DNA of 64,000 bases, from the IMG/VR virus record IMGVR_UViG_3300042013_000103. One strand, given 5' to 3'. Positions 30,023 through 38,916 of the stretch are shown here, piece after piece; within the stretch, counting starts at the first letter, position 1; each line of letters begins with the position of its first letter. A program made the translations under genes and the position numbers. The notes below the pieces were generated by a model. The model was not told the origin of the DNA. It searched no databases and was given only the letters and a program-made list of their open reading frames with translations. The stretch comes from a virus. Lineage: Duplodnaviria > Caudoviricetes.

Positions 30023-31492
30023 ATGGCCGACGGGATCGTACTGTACACTGACGGTAGCTTCCGTCAGAACAAGGCGGGTTGGGGCGTCCACGGTTACACC
30101 TACACGGACGTGTCCATGAAGACGCGGTTGCCACAGAAGCAGCAGCCCACCTCGAGTGGGTACAAAGACGTGCCTGCCGACGAAACGTGCACGGTGATCA
30201 ACTACATCGACGCTTACGGCGCGGTGCTGGACTCACCCACCAACAACACCGCAGAACTGTCAGCTGTGATCAACGGGTTTGAAATCGCTCAGAAGAGTGA
30301 AGCCAAGGCCTTGACATTTCTGATGGATTCTGAATATGTCCGTAAAGGACTGACGGGGTACGTTCAAAAATGGATCAAGAACGGTTGGATCAAGGCGGAC
30401 GGTAACCCTGTAGCGAACAGAGGGTATTGGGAAAAGTTACTGGGCCTGAAGAACCAATGGACCGATTCCAATCGGCCACTGGAGCTGCAATGGGTCAAAG
30501 GCCACTCCGGCGATTTAGGTAACGACAAAGCAGACGAAAACTCCGTCTTGGGTGGCGGCACGAAAACAGCGGTGCCCAAGGAAGTGCAGTTGGAGGCTGA
30601 CAGCGTCGAGAAACTCAAGAAGACACCAGTGCACCCACTGATGTTGGAGAGTCGGTTGATGTTCTCGGTCACCCAGGGGCCTACATTTGACGGTTACTAT
30701 CACATGTACAACCTCGGCCGGTCGCACAACTACGGCAGCAAGCCACGGGATACAAAAGTCGACAAGTTGATGAAGGCTGACTTGTTGCATGGGCGTCGCA
30801 TCTCGGATGCCACGTTCGGTGTGTTTAAACCTTTGGCTGCGGAACCTTATCTGGAAGACGTCATTGCGTTACACAACAGCACGTACGCTTCGGAACTCGA
30901 TCAGTTGGGGATTCTCAACTTATCCACTGTGTACAACAAGAATGTGCGACAGAAGATCGAGACCATGGGGTTGGACGCTTTGCAGCGTTTCGACGAAATC
31001 AAAGTGCTGGCAACTCCAGATTTTACGCTCGTTAGTCGGACTCTCGACCCACCACGGCTTGCCCACGAGGCGTTAAGTACCTTCGGGATACTGCGTCGAC
31101 AGTTGGATGAGTTTATGAGTGGGGAAACCGGAGAGTCGGTGGATGTTTTAGATGTTACCGACAGTTTCTTTGAAACGGTTACTGAAGGTAAGAAAACAAT
31201 CTCCCGTTTGCTCAAAACCATCACCAGCAGCACCGCGGCCATCGAAATCCCTGTCGTGCACAAAGGACACGATCTCAAACTGCGTTTGGTTCTGAGTATC
31301 GACATCCCAACACGGAATCAGTTGGCACGCATCGGAACGGCCGGCAACAAGGTGACACTGTTGGTGACTGCAACGGGTCCAATCGCATACTCGTACTCGA
31401 TTGTGTTTACGTCGGATGATGGTTCTGCCATCTACGCTTCACCGTACACACAATTCATCCTACCGAAGAAGCAGGTATCCCATGAAGATTAA
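30023..31492 (+). CDS. rnhA: Ribonuclease HI with long C-terminal extension (phiKZ gp155-like)
   Basis: YTDGS, TNNTAEL, MDSEYV, WIKNGW, WVKGHSG..GNDKAD: all RNase HI catalytic motifs present. Confidence 0.92.
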   Translation: MADGIVLYTDGSFRQNKAGWGVHGYTYTDVSMKTRLPQKQQPTSSGYKDVPADETCTVINYIDAYGAVLDSPTNNTAELSAVINGFEIAQKSEAKALTFLMDSEYVRKGLTGYVQKWIKNGWIKADGNPVANRGYWEKLLGLKNQWTDSNRPLELQWVKGHSGDLGNDKADENSVLGGGTKTAVPKEVQLEADSVEKLKKTPVHPLMLESRLMFSVTQGPTFDGYYHMYNLGRSHNYGSKPRDTKVDKLMKADLLHGRRISDATFGVFKPLAAEPYLEDVIALHNSTYASELDQLGILNLSTVYNKNVRQKIETMGLDALQRFDEIKVLATPDFTLVSRTLDPPRLAHEALSTFGILRRQLDEFMSGETGESVDVLDVTDSFFETVTEGKKTISRLLKTITSSTAAIEIPVVHKGHDLKLRLVLSIDIPTRNQLARIGTAGNKVTLLVTATGPIAYSYSIVFTSDDGSAIYASPYTQFILPKKQVSHED

Positions 31493-31880
31493 GTCCATTT
31501 TATTGGCTCCTTTCTCTCGACTCTGGACATACGTCTGGACGAAAGTGGATGCGGAGTTCAAAAGGATGTGCGTCATGGCTGTCCTTCATGCCAAATGGCG
31601 TCTGTGTTCTGAAGACGATCTGTGTGAGTTGGATCGTTTCAACTCCACGTTCAAGCTTTGCAAAGACACATCCGTCCTGCGGTTCCCCACGCTCTTTGGG
31701 GTTCATGTATGGAACTCGGTGCCCAATGAGGCCAATGTAGTTACTCCGTCGGATAAGTTCTTTCGACGGATCGAACTGCTGACGCCATGCTGGCTGAAAT
31801 ATACCGACCCGAATGCGTACATGGAAGAACTCCGTGCACTTTACACGTACTGCGCCACGGAGCGCAGCCAGGCCAGTTAA
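31482..31880 (+). CDS. Hypothetical protein
   Basis: Start moved to MKIKSIL at 31482, overlapping the RNase H stop. Confidence 0.65.
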   Translation: MKIKSILLAPFSRLWTYVWTKVDAEFKRMCVMAVLHAKWRLCSEDDLCELDRFNSTFKLCKDTSVLRFPTLFGVHVWNSVPNEANVVTPSDKFFRRIELLTPCWLKYTDPNAYMEELRALYTYCATERSQAS

Positions 31881-31886
31881 TCGATG

Positions 31887-31927
31887 CAGCATAAAGCCCA
31901 CTCCTTGCGGGGTGGGCTTTTATGGCG
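31887..31927. terminator. Bidirectional hairpin with CAGCATAAAG...TTTTATGGCG flanks
   Basis: AAAGCCCACTCC-TTGC-GGGGTGGGCTTT between convergent genes. Confidence 0.8.
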
Positions 31928-32803
31928 TTACAGGTCGCGCAGTTTCTGTTCGATGCTGGCCAGCACGTTGTTGGCTTCGATGACCTTGGTGGTGATCAGC
32001 GAATACAGTTGCAGGTACCGGGCAACACGCTCCAGTTCTTCCGCCACCATCGCCACGAACTCACGAGAGGCGCCTGAGTCGTCACGCTCCAGTCGTTGGA
32101 TCAATGCTGTGGCGGTCAGTTGCATGCGCCCCACAGCGTGTTGTACGCGGTCTGGGCTGGCGGTGCTGTAAGAGTCCACGAGTTTCACCATCAGCGTTTC
32201 ACACGCAACGAAATCATTCATCGAATCGAACAGGTTACCGAACTGCGACGCCGCTTCGTGGTTCCCCTGCACCATGACCTTGGACATGTTCGAACGGAAG
32301 ATCGCTTCGGCGTCCACAGTGGTGTCCACGCCGTACATGAAGTCGCGGGTGTCGCCACGTTCGTCCGGGACTGACAGGTAATGACCGAAACGCTTGATCG
32401 ACGGTTCGATGATGTCCGCGATCAAGTTGGTGGCAATCGGCGTGAGTTTCTCCAGCAGTTCCAGGTACTCTTTGTACCGGGCACAGAGGCCAGCCGGTTG
32501 TGGCATCATCTGGTCGTCCACCGCGGTGTACTTGATGCTTTGTACGATGGTTTTCATCTGCGACGGGTTGAGCGGTTCGAACACGGGGAAGTTGTACGTG
32601 GTCAACGAACGGAACGCTTCCTTGATCGAGATGGTCAGGCGTGCACCATGGTCCGAGAACCAACCTTCCACAGAGACGATGGAGGTGGCGTCGCTGCGCA
32701 GGTTAGCCATGTCACGGTTGAACCGGTCAACGGGCGTGAGCGAAGCCTCGTGCGCTTCCAGGGCGGCTGTGTCGGGGGTCTGGTACTTTTTGAAACCTTT
32801 CAT
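31928..32803 (-). CDS. Processed virion (inner head) protein, phiKZ gp153-like by synteny
   Basis: 291 aa; N-terminal AALE and SVE sites; GAGG RBS. Confidence 0.6.
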   Translation of the reverse strand: MKGFKKYQTPDTAALEAHEASLTPVDRFNRDMANLRSDATSIVSVEGWFSDHGARLTISIKEAFRSLTTYNFPVFEPLNPSQMKTIVQSIKYTAVDDQMMPQPAGLCARYKEYLELLEKLTPIATNLIADIIEPSIKRFGHYLSVPDERGDTRDFMYGVDTTVDAEAIFRSNMSKVMVQGNHEAASQFGNLFDSMNDFVACETLMVKLVDSYSTASPDRVQHAVGRMQLTATALIQRLERDDSGASREFVAMVAEELERVARYLQLYSLITTKVIEANNVLASIEQKLRDL

Positions 32804-32840
32804 GGGGCGGTCCTCGTAAGGGCTAAGAATTCATTAACAT

Positions 32841-32848
32841 AAAATTAC
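32841..32848 (+). promoter_or_regulatory. Candidate middle promoter element
   Basis: AAAATTAC in an AT-rich gap upstream of uvsX, resembling the phiKZ middle AAanntTAC motif. Confidence 0.45.
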
Positions 32849-32897
32849 GCTTAATCATTATCAATTGATAGTCATATACATTAAAAGGGAACTGCTC

Positions 32898-34337
32898 ATG
32901 TTCAACAAATCGTTCCAACGACCGGCGTTTCGTCCATCGATCAACGTGGGTTGCATGTTTGATATTCCGACCGGTAAGTACGAGACCGGCAAACGTGGCG
33001 AACAGGTGCTGAACGGTGGCTTGGGTCCTTTGACGGGGATCGCTTCCCGTCCGAACAACTTTAAGTCGGCTATCGGTGTGTTCTTTACGGTCATGGTGCG
33101 TCGTGCCATGCCGCGCTCTGACGGCATCACTTACGACACCGAGGGTACCCTCGACCCAACGTCGCGTTACAAACAAATCAGCGACCAGTTCAGCGAACTG
33201 ACCGACATCGACTGGGACCACGACGAACAGTTCATGTTCACAGACTTGTCCCGTTACTCCGGTGACGAGTTCTTCAGCAAGTTCCGTGAAGTACTGGGGG
33301 CCAAGGCCAAGGACGAGAAGACTTATATCCGCACCACGCCGTTCCTCGACATGGAAGGCAAGCCGCGGCAGTGCCTGTACCCGACCACCGGGTTCATCGA
33401 CAGCTTCTCCAAGTTCATCGTGTCCGACGTCGACAAGATGTACGAGAAGAACAAAATCGGTGACTCGAAGAACAACACCGATGCCATGATGAACGGCAAG
33501 GCCAAGAACCAGCTGTTCAACCAACTGCCGCAGGTCTGTGCCAAAACCGGTTCGTACGTGATCCTCACCGCGCACGTCGGCGACATCATCCAAATGGAGA
33601 TGTACCCAACCGACAAACGCAACCTGTCGCACATGAAGAAAGACACCGTGTTGAAAGGCGTGTCCGGGGGGTTCTACAGCCTGCCTAACAACGTCTTCTC
33701 CATCGAGTCGAACAAACCCATGCTCAACAAAGAGAAGATGCCTCAGTATCCTCTCGACAACGCCACGGCGATGGAAGGCGACACCGACCTGCGTGAACTG
33801 ACCATCATGAACTTGCGTGGTAAAGCGGGCATGTCCGGTCTGCCGTTTAAAGTGATCGTGTCGCAGACTGAAGGTTTGCAAGTGGGTCTGACCGATTTCG
33901 ATTACGTCAAAGAAAACGGGTTCGGCATTGGCGGCAACGCTTTGAACTACTTCATCGAACTGCGTCCAGAAGTGAACCTGTCGCGGACCAAAGTGCGCCA
34001 GATCATCAACGGCGATGCCAAGCTGCGCCGTGCGTGTGAGTTCCAATCGGAAATGCTGCAACTGGTGCAGTTCCAACGGTGGACCAGCGAATACATCTGT
34101 GATCCGAAAGTCCTGTACGAAGACCTCAAAGCAATGGGCTACGACTGGGACGTGCTGCTGGACACCCGTGGTTACTGGATGTGCGAAGAAGACGAGAAAG
34201 AGCCAGGCGTCAAGCCGTTCCTCTCCACCTTCGACCTGTTGAAAATGCGCAAGTTTGAGTACGTGCCCTTCTGGTTCACCAAAGAACAGAAAGCGGCGAT
34301 CAAACCACTCGAGCTGGCCACCAAGAAAGCAGCATAA
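32898..34337 (+). CDS. uvsX: UvsX/RecA-like recombinase (phiKZ gp152-like)
   Basis: Start MFNKSF; RP.INVG..FDIPTG.Y..G; P-loop-position SRPNNFKS; Walker B-like FIDSFS; ILTAHVG. Confidence 0.8.
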   Translation: MFNKSFQRPAFRPSINVGCMFDIPTGKYETGKRGEQVLNGGLGPLTGIASRPNNFKSAIGVFFTVMVRRAMPRSDGITYDTEGTLDPTSRYKQISDQFSELTDIDWDHDEQFMFTDLSRYSGDEFFSKFREVLGAKAKDEKTYIRTTPFLDMEGKPRQCLYPTTGFIDSFSKFIVSDVDKMYEKNKIGDSKNNTDAMMNGKAKNQLFNQLPQVCAKTGSYVILTAHVGDIIQMEMYPTDKRNLSHMKKDTVLKGVSGGFYSLPNNVFSIESNKPMLNKEKMPQYPLDNATAMEGDTDLRELTIMNLRGKAGMSGLPFKVIVSQTEGLQVGLTDFDYVKENGFGIGGNALNYFIELRPEVNLSRTKVRQIINGDAKLRRACEFQSEMLQLVQFQRWTSEYICDPKVLYEDLKAMGYDWDVLLDTRGYWMCEEDEKEPGVKPFLSTFDLLKMRKFEYVPFWFTKEQKAAIKPLELATKKAA

Positions 34338-34352
34338 TCCATTGGGGGTACT

Positions 34353-34703
34353 ATGAATCTCTACACGTTCCAACTGGCTGCCTTTAAGTCAGCGGACGCT
34401 CAGGGTATCCCTTGGATCGACACCACGGTCAAAAGTGGGTTGCCGTTGCTCGCGCCCAGCTGGGAGATCGTCATGGGCGTAAAGTCCGGACGAATCACCC
34501 ACGAACAGTACACTGCCATTTATTGGCAAGGGTTGGTCGACCGTTACCATGACAACCCTGAATTTTTTGAGTGGTTAGTTGCCCACGAAGATCTGGCCCT
34601 GGGTTGTTATTGCGCAGCAGGGCTTTTTTGTCATCGACACATCATCGTCGAATTCTTAAAACACATCACAGAGGTCTGCTACTGTGGCGAACTAACAGAG
34701 TAG
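34353..34703 (+). CDS. DUF488/YeaO-like protein
   Basis: D.TVKSG, LAPSW, Y...Y and LGCYC....CHRHII pattern. Confidence 0.6.
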   Translation: MNLYTFQLAAFKSADAQGIPWIDTTVKSGLPLLAPSWEIVMGVKSGRITHEQYTAIYWQGLVDRYHDNPEFFEWLVAHEDLALGCYCAAGLFCHRHIIVEFLKHITEVCYCGELTE

Positions 34704-34717
34704 ATGGAGTAGTTAGC

Positions 34718-35047
34718 ATGGACAATAGTCAAACGCTTCGAGCGCTGATCTTTCAGCGTGTAAGGTTCCTCGACACCGAGTTGGCCGAAGACCTGTACCG
34801 CCGTATGCCGGAAGTGGCGTCGGTGAGTGAACTGAATGGGTTCATGCACCAGTTGCTGGCCCAGTACGAAGAAAACACATTCCACTTGCGGACTAACCTC
34901 CAGGACACCGACTTCGTGACCTGGAACGCGTTCTTCCAAACAAGCGTGCTGCCGTTCTTGATCCAGCACCGTTTGCCGCCCATGACCAATGCCAACACCA
35001 CCCCTACGTACGCCGGTCTATCGTATGATCTCACCGTTAAGGGGTAA
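34718..35047 (+). CDS. Hypothetical protein
   Basis: Start moved to MDNSQTL at 34718 behind GGAG. Confidence 0.65.
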   Translation: MDNSQTLRALIFQRVRFLDTELAEDLYRRMPEVASVSELNGFMHQLLAQYEENTFHLRTNLQDTDFVTWNAFFQTSVLPFLIQHRLPPMTNANTTPTYAGLSYDLTVKG

Positions 35048-35052
35048 CGAGC

Positions 35053-35730
35053 ATGACTAACCGTGCTTTGGCTGAAAAGGAACTGTTGTATTTTGTGGAG
35101 TTGTTTCTACCGGGCTCGGAGAACCGACAGCTATACGTCGACCTGTTGAAGGACATGGACGACAAAGCGTTCGCGGCGTGGATGGACAAACTGGCGACGG
35201 GGGATGAGATCCTGGCGATCTACGCCCCCAACCTGCACCACGTGGTGCCGACCATCCCACAAGCGTACGTGGTGGCTGATGCCTTGGGCTTTGAGCTGTT
35301 CCAGCACTTGATCCTGACCGACCAGCACACGGGCCAAGTCTACCGGACGCAGAACAAACACTTGATCGGGTTGGTGCCGCTGCGCCGCCAAGTGCAGATG
35401 CTCGAGAAGAAGCGGTCGATCCCCGGGTCGATGTCCACGGCCGACGAGCGTTCCGGCCAAGCCGCGGGTGGGGCTAAGTCAGCACGGATGTCCGGACCTG
35501 AGATCCAAGTCAACGCCTCCAAAGGCCTGACCCAAATGTTGGTGGAGTTGGTGAAGTTCCGGGCCGGCGATGAACGGTCCTACAACGCCATGAACAAATC
35601 GATCTTGGAAACCGGGCGGTGTTCGTTGGATGCCATTATGTCCGATAACCCAGGCATGGTGAAAGCCAACAAAACCTTGTCCGTCTATTTGACGTCCATG
35701 CTGCTCGAGAACAACATGTTGAAGGAATGA
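35053..35730 (+). CDS. Virion RNA polymerase beta subunit, C-terminal part (phiKZ gp149-like)
   Basis: GLVPLRRQVQML...KRS and ARMSGPEIQV correspond to the RpoB C-terminal region around GQRFGEME; followed by ELVKFRAGD. Confidence 0.82.
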   Translation: MTNRALAEKELLYFVELFLPGSENRQLYVDLLKDMDDKAFAAWMDKLATGDEILAIYAPNLHHVVPTIPQAYVVADALGFELFQHLILTDQHTGQVYRTQNKHLIGLVPLRRQVQMLEKKRSIPGSMSTADERSGQAAGGAKSARMSGPEIQVNASKGLTQMLVELVKFRAGDERSYNAMNKSILETGRCSLDAIMSDNPGMVKANKTLSVYLTSMLLENNMLKE

Positions 35731-35733
35731 GTC

Positions 35734-36198
35734 ATGTCAGAACACAGTGATCAAATGAAAGAAGCCTTGGCCGAGGCTGTGCGGGAAATGCTCATCGCTG
35801 AACACCAAGACGTCTTCAAACAGTTCAGTGACCTGGTCATGGACATTCGGGCGGTCCAGCGGCAGTACTTGATGCACCCGAAGAAGATTGACACCGAATA
35901 CTGGAAGCCGATCCGCAGCAACAACAAACTGATGCACGCGGTCATGGCCACGACCCAGGTGTTCTTGGGTGAGTTGACCGACGTGGACGCCAGTGTGGTT
36001 CGGTTTGCGAATACAGTGGTGCCGTTCACTCCCGAGAGCAGCATCTTGGCGGCGGTGGATTTGGAGAAGGCCCCTACCCAGCCGGAACTGGTCCAGATCT
36101 TTCGGACCAACCTGTGGTGGTTCTTCCTGAGTTACGCGGCGCAGAACCTGCGGGTGTTGGCGTACGTGCAAGCCGAGGCGACCAAGCATGTTAAATAA
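35734..36198 (+). CDS. Conserved hypothetical protein
   Basis: 154 aa; GGA RBS; coupled to the flanking genes. Confidence 0.65.
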   Translation: MSEHSDQMKEALAEAVREMLIAEHQDVFKQFSDLVMDIRAVQRQYLMHPKKIDTEYWKPIRSNNKLMHAVMATTQVFLGELTDVDASVVRFANTVVPFTPESSILAAVDLEKAPTQPELVQIFRTNLWWFFLSYAAQNLRVLAYVQAEATKHVK

Positions 36199-36907
36199 GA
36201 TCTTGATTTGTTTGGACACGTTACTGGACACACGCATTGGTACCGTTGCCCGACTGAACCAAGACGCCGCGCGGCTGATGCTGTCCAACACCGAATACCA
36301 CAACCGGGACTTTAACGATTGGGGGTTTCTGACCCAGGGTTTGGTCACCAACGAACAGTTTGCCGAAGCCTACGCCACTCGGGGGGGCGAGAACACCAAC
36401 CTGACGTTGGCAGCCTCGTTCGAAACGGGGATGCAACCCGTGATCGATCGGCTGCTGATTGAATGTTCGGTACTGGCCCGTGACCAACTGGTGGCCTCGG
36501 AGAATGAAGTCGCGATTGCAATCAACACGTGGCCTTATGACCTGAACGCCCAACAAGAAGAAGACCTGCTGGACATCATGCACGCCAAGTTTGGTCGGGA
36601 ACTCCCCATTGAGTTGGTGGAGATTTCCCTGGACGAGCTGACCCCCCAGGTGATGTACGCGTGCTTCGCGATGTTCGTGAGTTACCACTTCGTCGATTGG
36701 TTCAAGCACCATTATCTAGCAATCCTGCAGCAGTACATGTCGTGCTTCCAAGCGATCATGCCGATTCTGTTTGAAACGGACCCCGGCAAGCTGACGGCCC
36801 AGGAACGGGAATTCGAATACACCAAGTTACGGCACCATTCCCTGGAGCATTTGGACATTCAGTTCATTTCTGCCCGGTGCATGTCGCTGTTTCAAGTGGA
36901 CGCGTGA
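36188..36907 (+). CDS. Conserved hypothetical protein, possibly HAD-like fold
   Basis: 239 aa; N-terminal ICLDTLLDTR resembles HAD motif I. Confidence 0.55.
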   Translation: MLNKILICLDTLLDTRIGTVARLNQDAARLMLSNTEYHNRDFNDWGFLTQGLVTNEQFAEAYATRGGENTNLTLAASFETGMQPVIDRLLIECSVLARDQLVASENEVAIAINTWPYDLNAQQEEDLLDIMHAKFGRELPIELVEISLDELTPQVMYACFAMFVSYHFVDWFKHHYLAILQQYMSCFQAIMPILFETDPGKLTAQEREFEYTKLRHHSLEHLDIQFISARCMSLFQVDA

Positions 36908-36910
36908 TGA

Positions 36911-36949
36911 CAACATAAAGAGAGCCCCGTTAAGGGCTCTCTTATGCCG
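36911..36949. terminator. Bidirectional hairpin with CAACATAAAG...TTATGCCG flanks
   Basis: AGAGAGCCC-CGTTAA-GGGCTCTCT at the boundary between the core and the adsorption module. Confidence 0.8.
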
Positions 36950-37034
36950 TCTACAGCCTTTTAACCATCAAGGTATAAACTGGTACCGATTAGCCTGTGG
37001 CGTCCAGCAGGAGCGCTCACAGACCTTGGCTTTA

Positions 37035-37970
37035 TCAGTACTCCAGTTCCAACACCGGCTTCCAGTTAAACTGCACCGAACCGTTACTGGTCAGGAACTT
37101 GGCAGGCAACCCGTCAATCCCTAAGGCGCCCGCAATGGTGGGCCGGTAGATGGCGTTAGCGCTGCCGCTGGCCCCATCGTAGTAGTCCGCGGTGGGGTAC
37201 CAGTTGCTTGTGCCCACGAGGCTGGTGGCGTCGTCGTAACGGCCGAGGTTAGCGTCGTTAAAATCCCGCCCTAAGTAGAAGCCGGCAAAGATGGCGTCGA
37301 CTTCCCCGCCACGCAGGTCGAGCGCTCCTACCGCGGTACTGAGCATGTTAGACCGGGAGGTCGGCAGGCGGACTGTGAAGCGATGCGTGCCGGAGCTGAT
37401 CATCACCCCTTGAGCAATGGTGCCCAGTTGAGTTTTGAACACCGTTGGCCAGTTCGCACTCGGGGTTTTGCCGTAGACCAGCCCCGCGTTGTACAGCGTG
37501 GCCCAGGAGATCCCCGTGCCGATGGAGTTGTTCGGGAAGAACAGAATCTTTCCACCGTACACCACCTTGTGCCAGTAGTTCCCCGCCGCGGTGTTGATAG
37601 TGATACTGGACGCGAGGTTGCACCCTTTGACCAACTCCGTGGCCGAGAACAAATCTTCCAAGGGCACTCGCCCGAAGTACCCGTATGACCAATCCCCTCG
37701 GATCAACGCTTGAGGACCCGGACCAGTGTAGGGGATGTACGCAATCACGTACTCTGCAGACGGGGCTTCGTCCGCTCCTTGGATGCTGGTGACCACGTAG
37801 TGATACGTAACGCCCCGAACGACGGTGTTGTCAGTGTAGGTTAAGGCGTCACCGGCCAACACGGCCAAGGGCGTGCCCAGATTACCTTGATCGATCTTGG
37901 TCAACGACCGGTAGACCTTACGGCTGTCCACGGTGACGTTGTGATCGATCCAATCCAGTTTAATTGGCAT
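37035..37970 (-). CDS. Tail-tip/virion structural protein, paralog 4 (phiKZ gp131-135/145/146-type family)
   Basis: Fn3-like N-terminus (IKLDW..KVYRS); GPGPQ.L..G...GYFG motif; C-terminal WKPVLEL. Confidence 0.75.
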   Translation of the reverse strand: MPIKLDWIDHNVTVDSRKVYRSLTKIDQGNLGTPLAVLAGDALTYTDNTVVRGVTYHYVVTSIQGADEAPSAEYVIAYIPYTGPGPQALIRGDWSYGYFGRVPLEDLFSATELVKGCNLASSITINTAAGNYWHKVVYGGKILFFPNNSIGTGISWATLYNAGLVYGKTPSANWPTVFKTQLGTIAQGVMISSGTHRFTVRLPTSRSNMLSTAVGALDLRGGEVDAIFAGFYLGRDFNDANLGRYDDATSLVGTSNWYPTADYYDGASGSANAIYRPTIAGALGIDGLPAKFLTSNGSVQFNWKPVLELEY

Positions 37971-37980
37971 GGTTCAAACC

Positions 37981-38904
37981 TCAAAATTGTAATTCTAGAA
38001 ACGGGTGGTAACCGTAAGTAGCGGACGCAGCCGCGACCAAGTTAATGGAGTCGATGGTTGCTGCCCCCCGATGGAGTGCCGACTTTGGGGTGGTCGTGGC
38101 TACCGATAGGTGTTGGGTAAAGGTACCTTGGGTAGTCGCCGGGATCGTGGTGTTGTCGTCTTGGAGGATGCTCGTGTTCCACGCCAGTGTCGCGTTCGGG
38201 TTAATACGACCCATGGTCTGGTCCCACTCGGACCCTTGCTTGTCCGCAGTGGCCGAGGTTACCAGGTCCGTGGTAGCCGACGTGGAGCCTTTCGGCAGAC
38301 GGACCAGGAAACTGAAAGCCCCCACCGTGATCAGTTTCTTTTGGTTGGTCGGGGTCACCGTCGCCCCGGCAGGGTAGGCACCATTGTCATCTGTGCCGTA
38401 CACCAATCCAAGGTTGTACAGTTGATCCCACGTCACGGTGGTCAAGATGGCCCCGGCTGGACAGAACAGGATCTTCCCGTTGCGCACGAACTTGTAGTAG
38501 TAGGTGATGTTACTGTCCGCGATGGCCGAGCCAATGGTCCCAGCTCCCACGGCGGTACGGAGGGCTGAACCGGAAATCATGTCAGCCACAGGTACGCGTC
38601 CAAAGTAACCCAACTCCCACGACCCACGGACGATCTGCTGCGGGCCTGGACCGGTGGTGGTGAAATACCCAAAGGTTTGGTTGTCCCCGAGGAACGTATC
38701 GGCACCCCGATCGAAAGCAATGCGGAAATAATAAACTGTGTTGTCCGTGGGTGGTGCTGCCCACACGTAACTGACATCGGTCCCCGGTAATGTCGCAATG
38801 GGGGCCGGCAGCGCGCTCTCGAGGATCGGGGTGGTGGCTGCGTAGATCCGAATCTCGGTGGCCACCCCTGCATTAGAGGAAGGCCAGTTTAAGGTGATTG
38901 CCAT
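37981..38904 (-). CDS. Tail-tip/virion structural protein, paralog 3
   Basis: ITLNW..IRIY; GPGPQQIVRGSWELGYFG; YYKFVRNGKILF; YHPFLEL. Confidence 0.75.
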   Translation of the reverse strand: MAITLNWPSSNAGVATEIRIYAATTPILESALPAPIATLPGTDVSYVWAAPPTDNTVYYFRIAFDRGADTFLGDNQTFGYFTTTGPGPQQIVRGSWELGYFGRVPVADMISGSALRTAVGAGTIGSAIADSNITYYYKFVRNGKILFCPAGAILTTVTWDQLYNLGLVYGTDDNGAYPAGATVTPTNQKKLITVGAFSFLVRLPKGSTSATTDLVTSATADKQGSEWDQTMGRINPNATLAWNTSILQDDNTTIPATTQGTFTQHLSVATTTPKSALHRGAATIDSINLVAAASATYGYHPFLELQF

Positions 38905-38916
38905 GATGAACCTCTC

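Noticed and set aside
24514-34373. Long antisense ORFs 24514..26994 (826 aa), 27929..29239 and 32823..34373
   Set aside because: Same codon-bias shadow effect opposite genes with clear family motifs.
36960-37025. Possible 19-codon minus-strand ORF (VSAPAGRHRLIGTSLYLDG) after the last tail-tip gene
   Set aside because: Too short, GTG start and no supporting motif; cannot be supported from the sequence alone.
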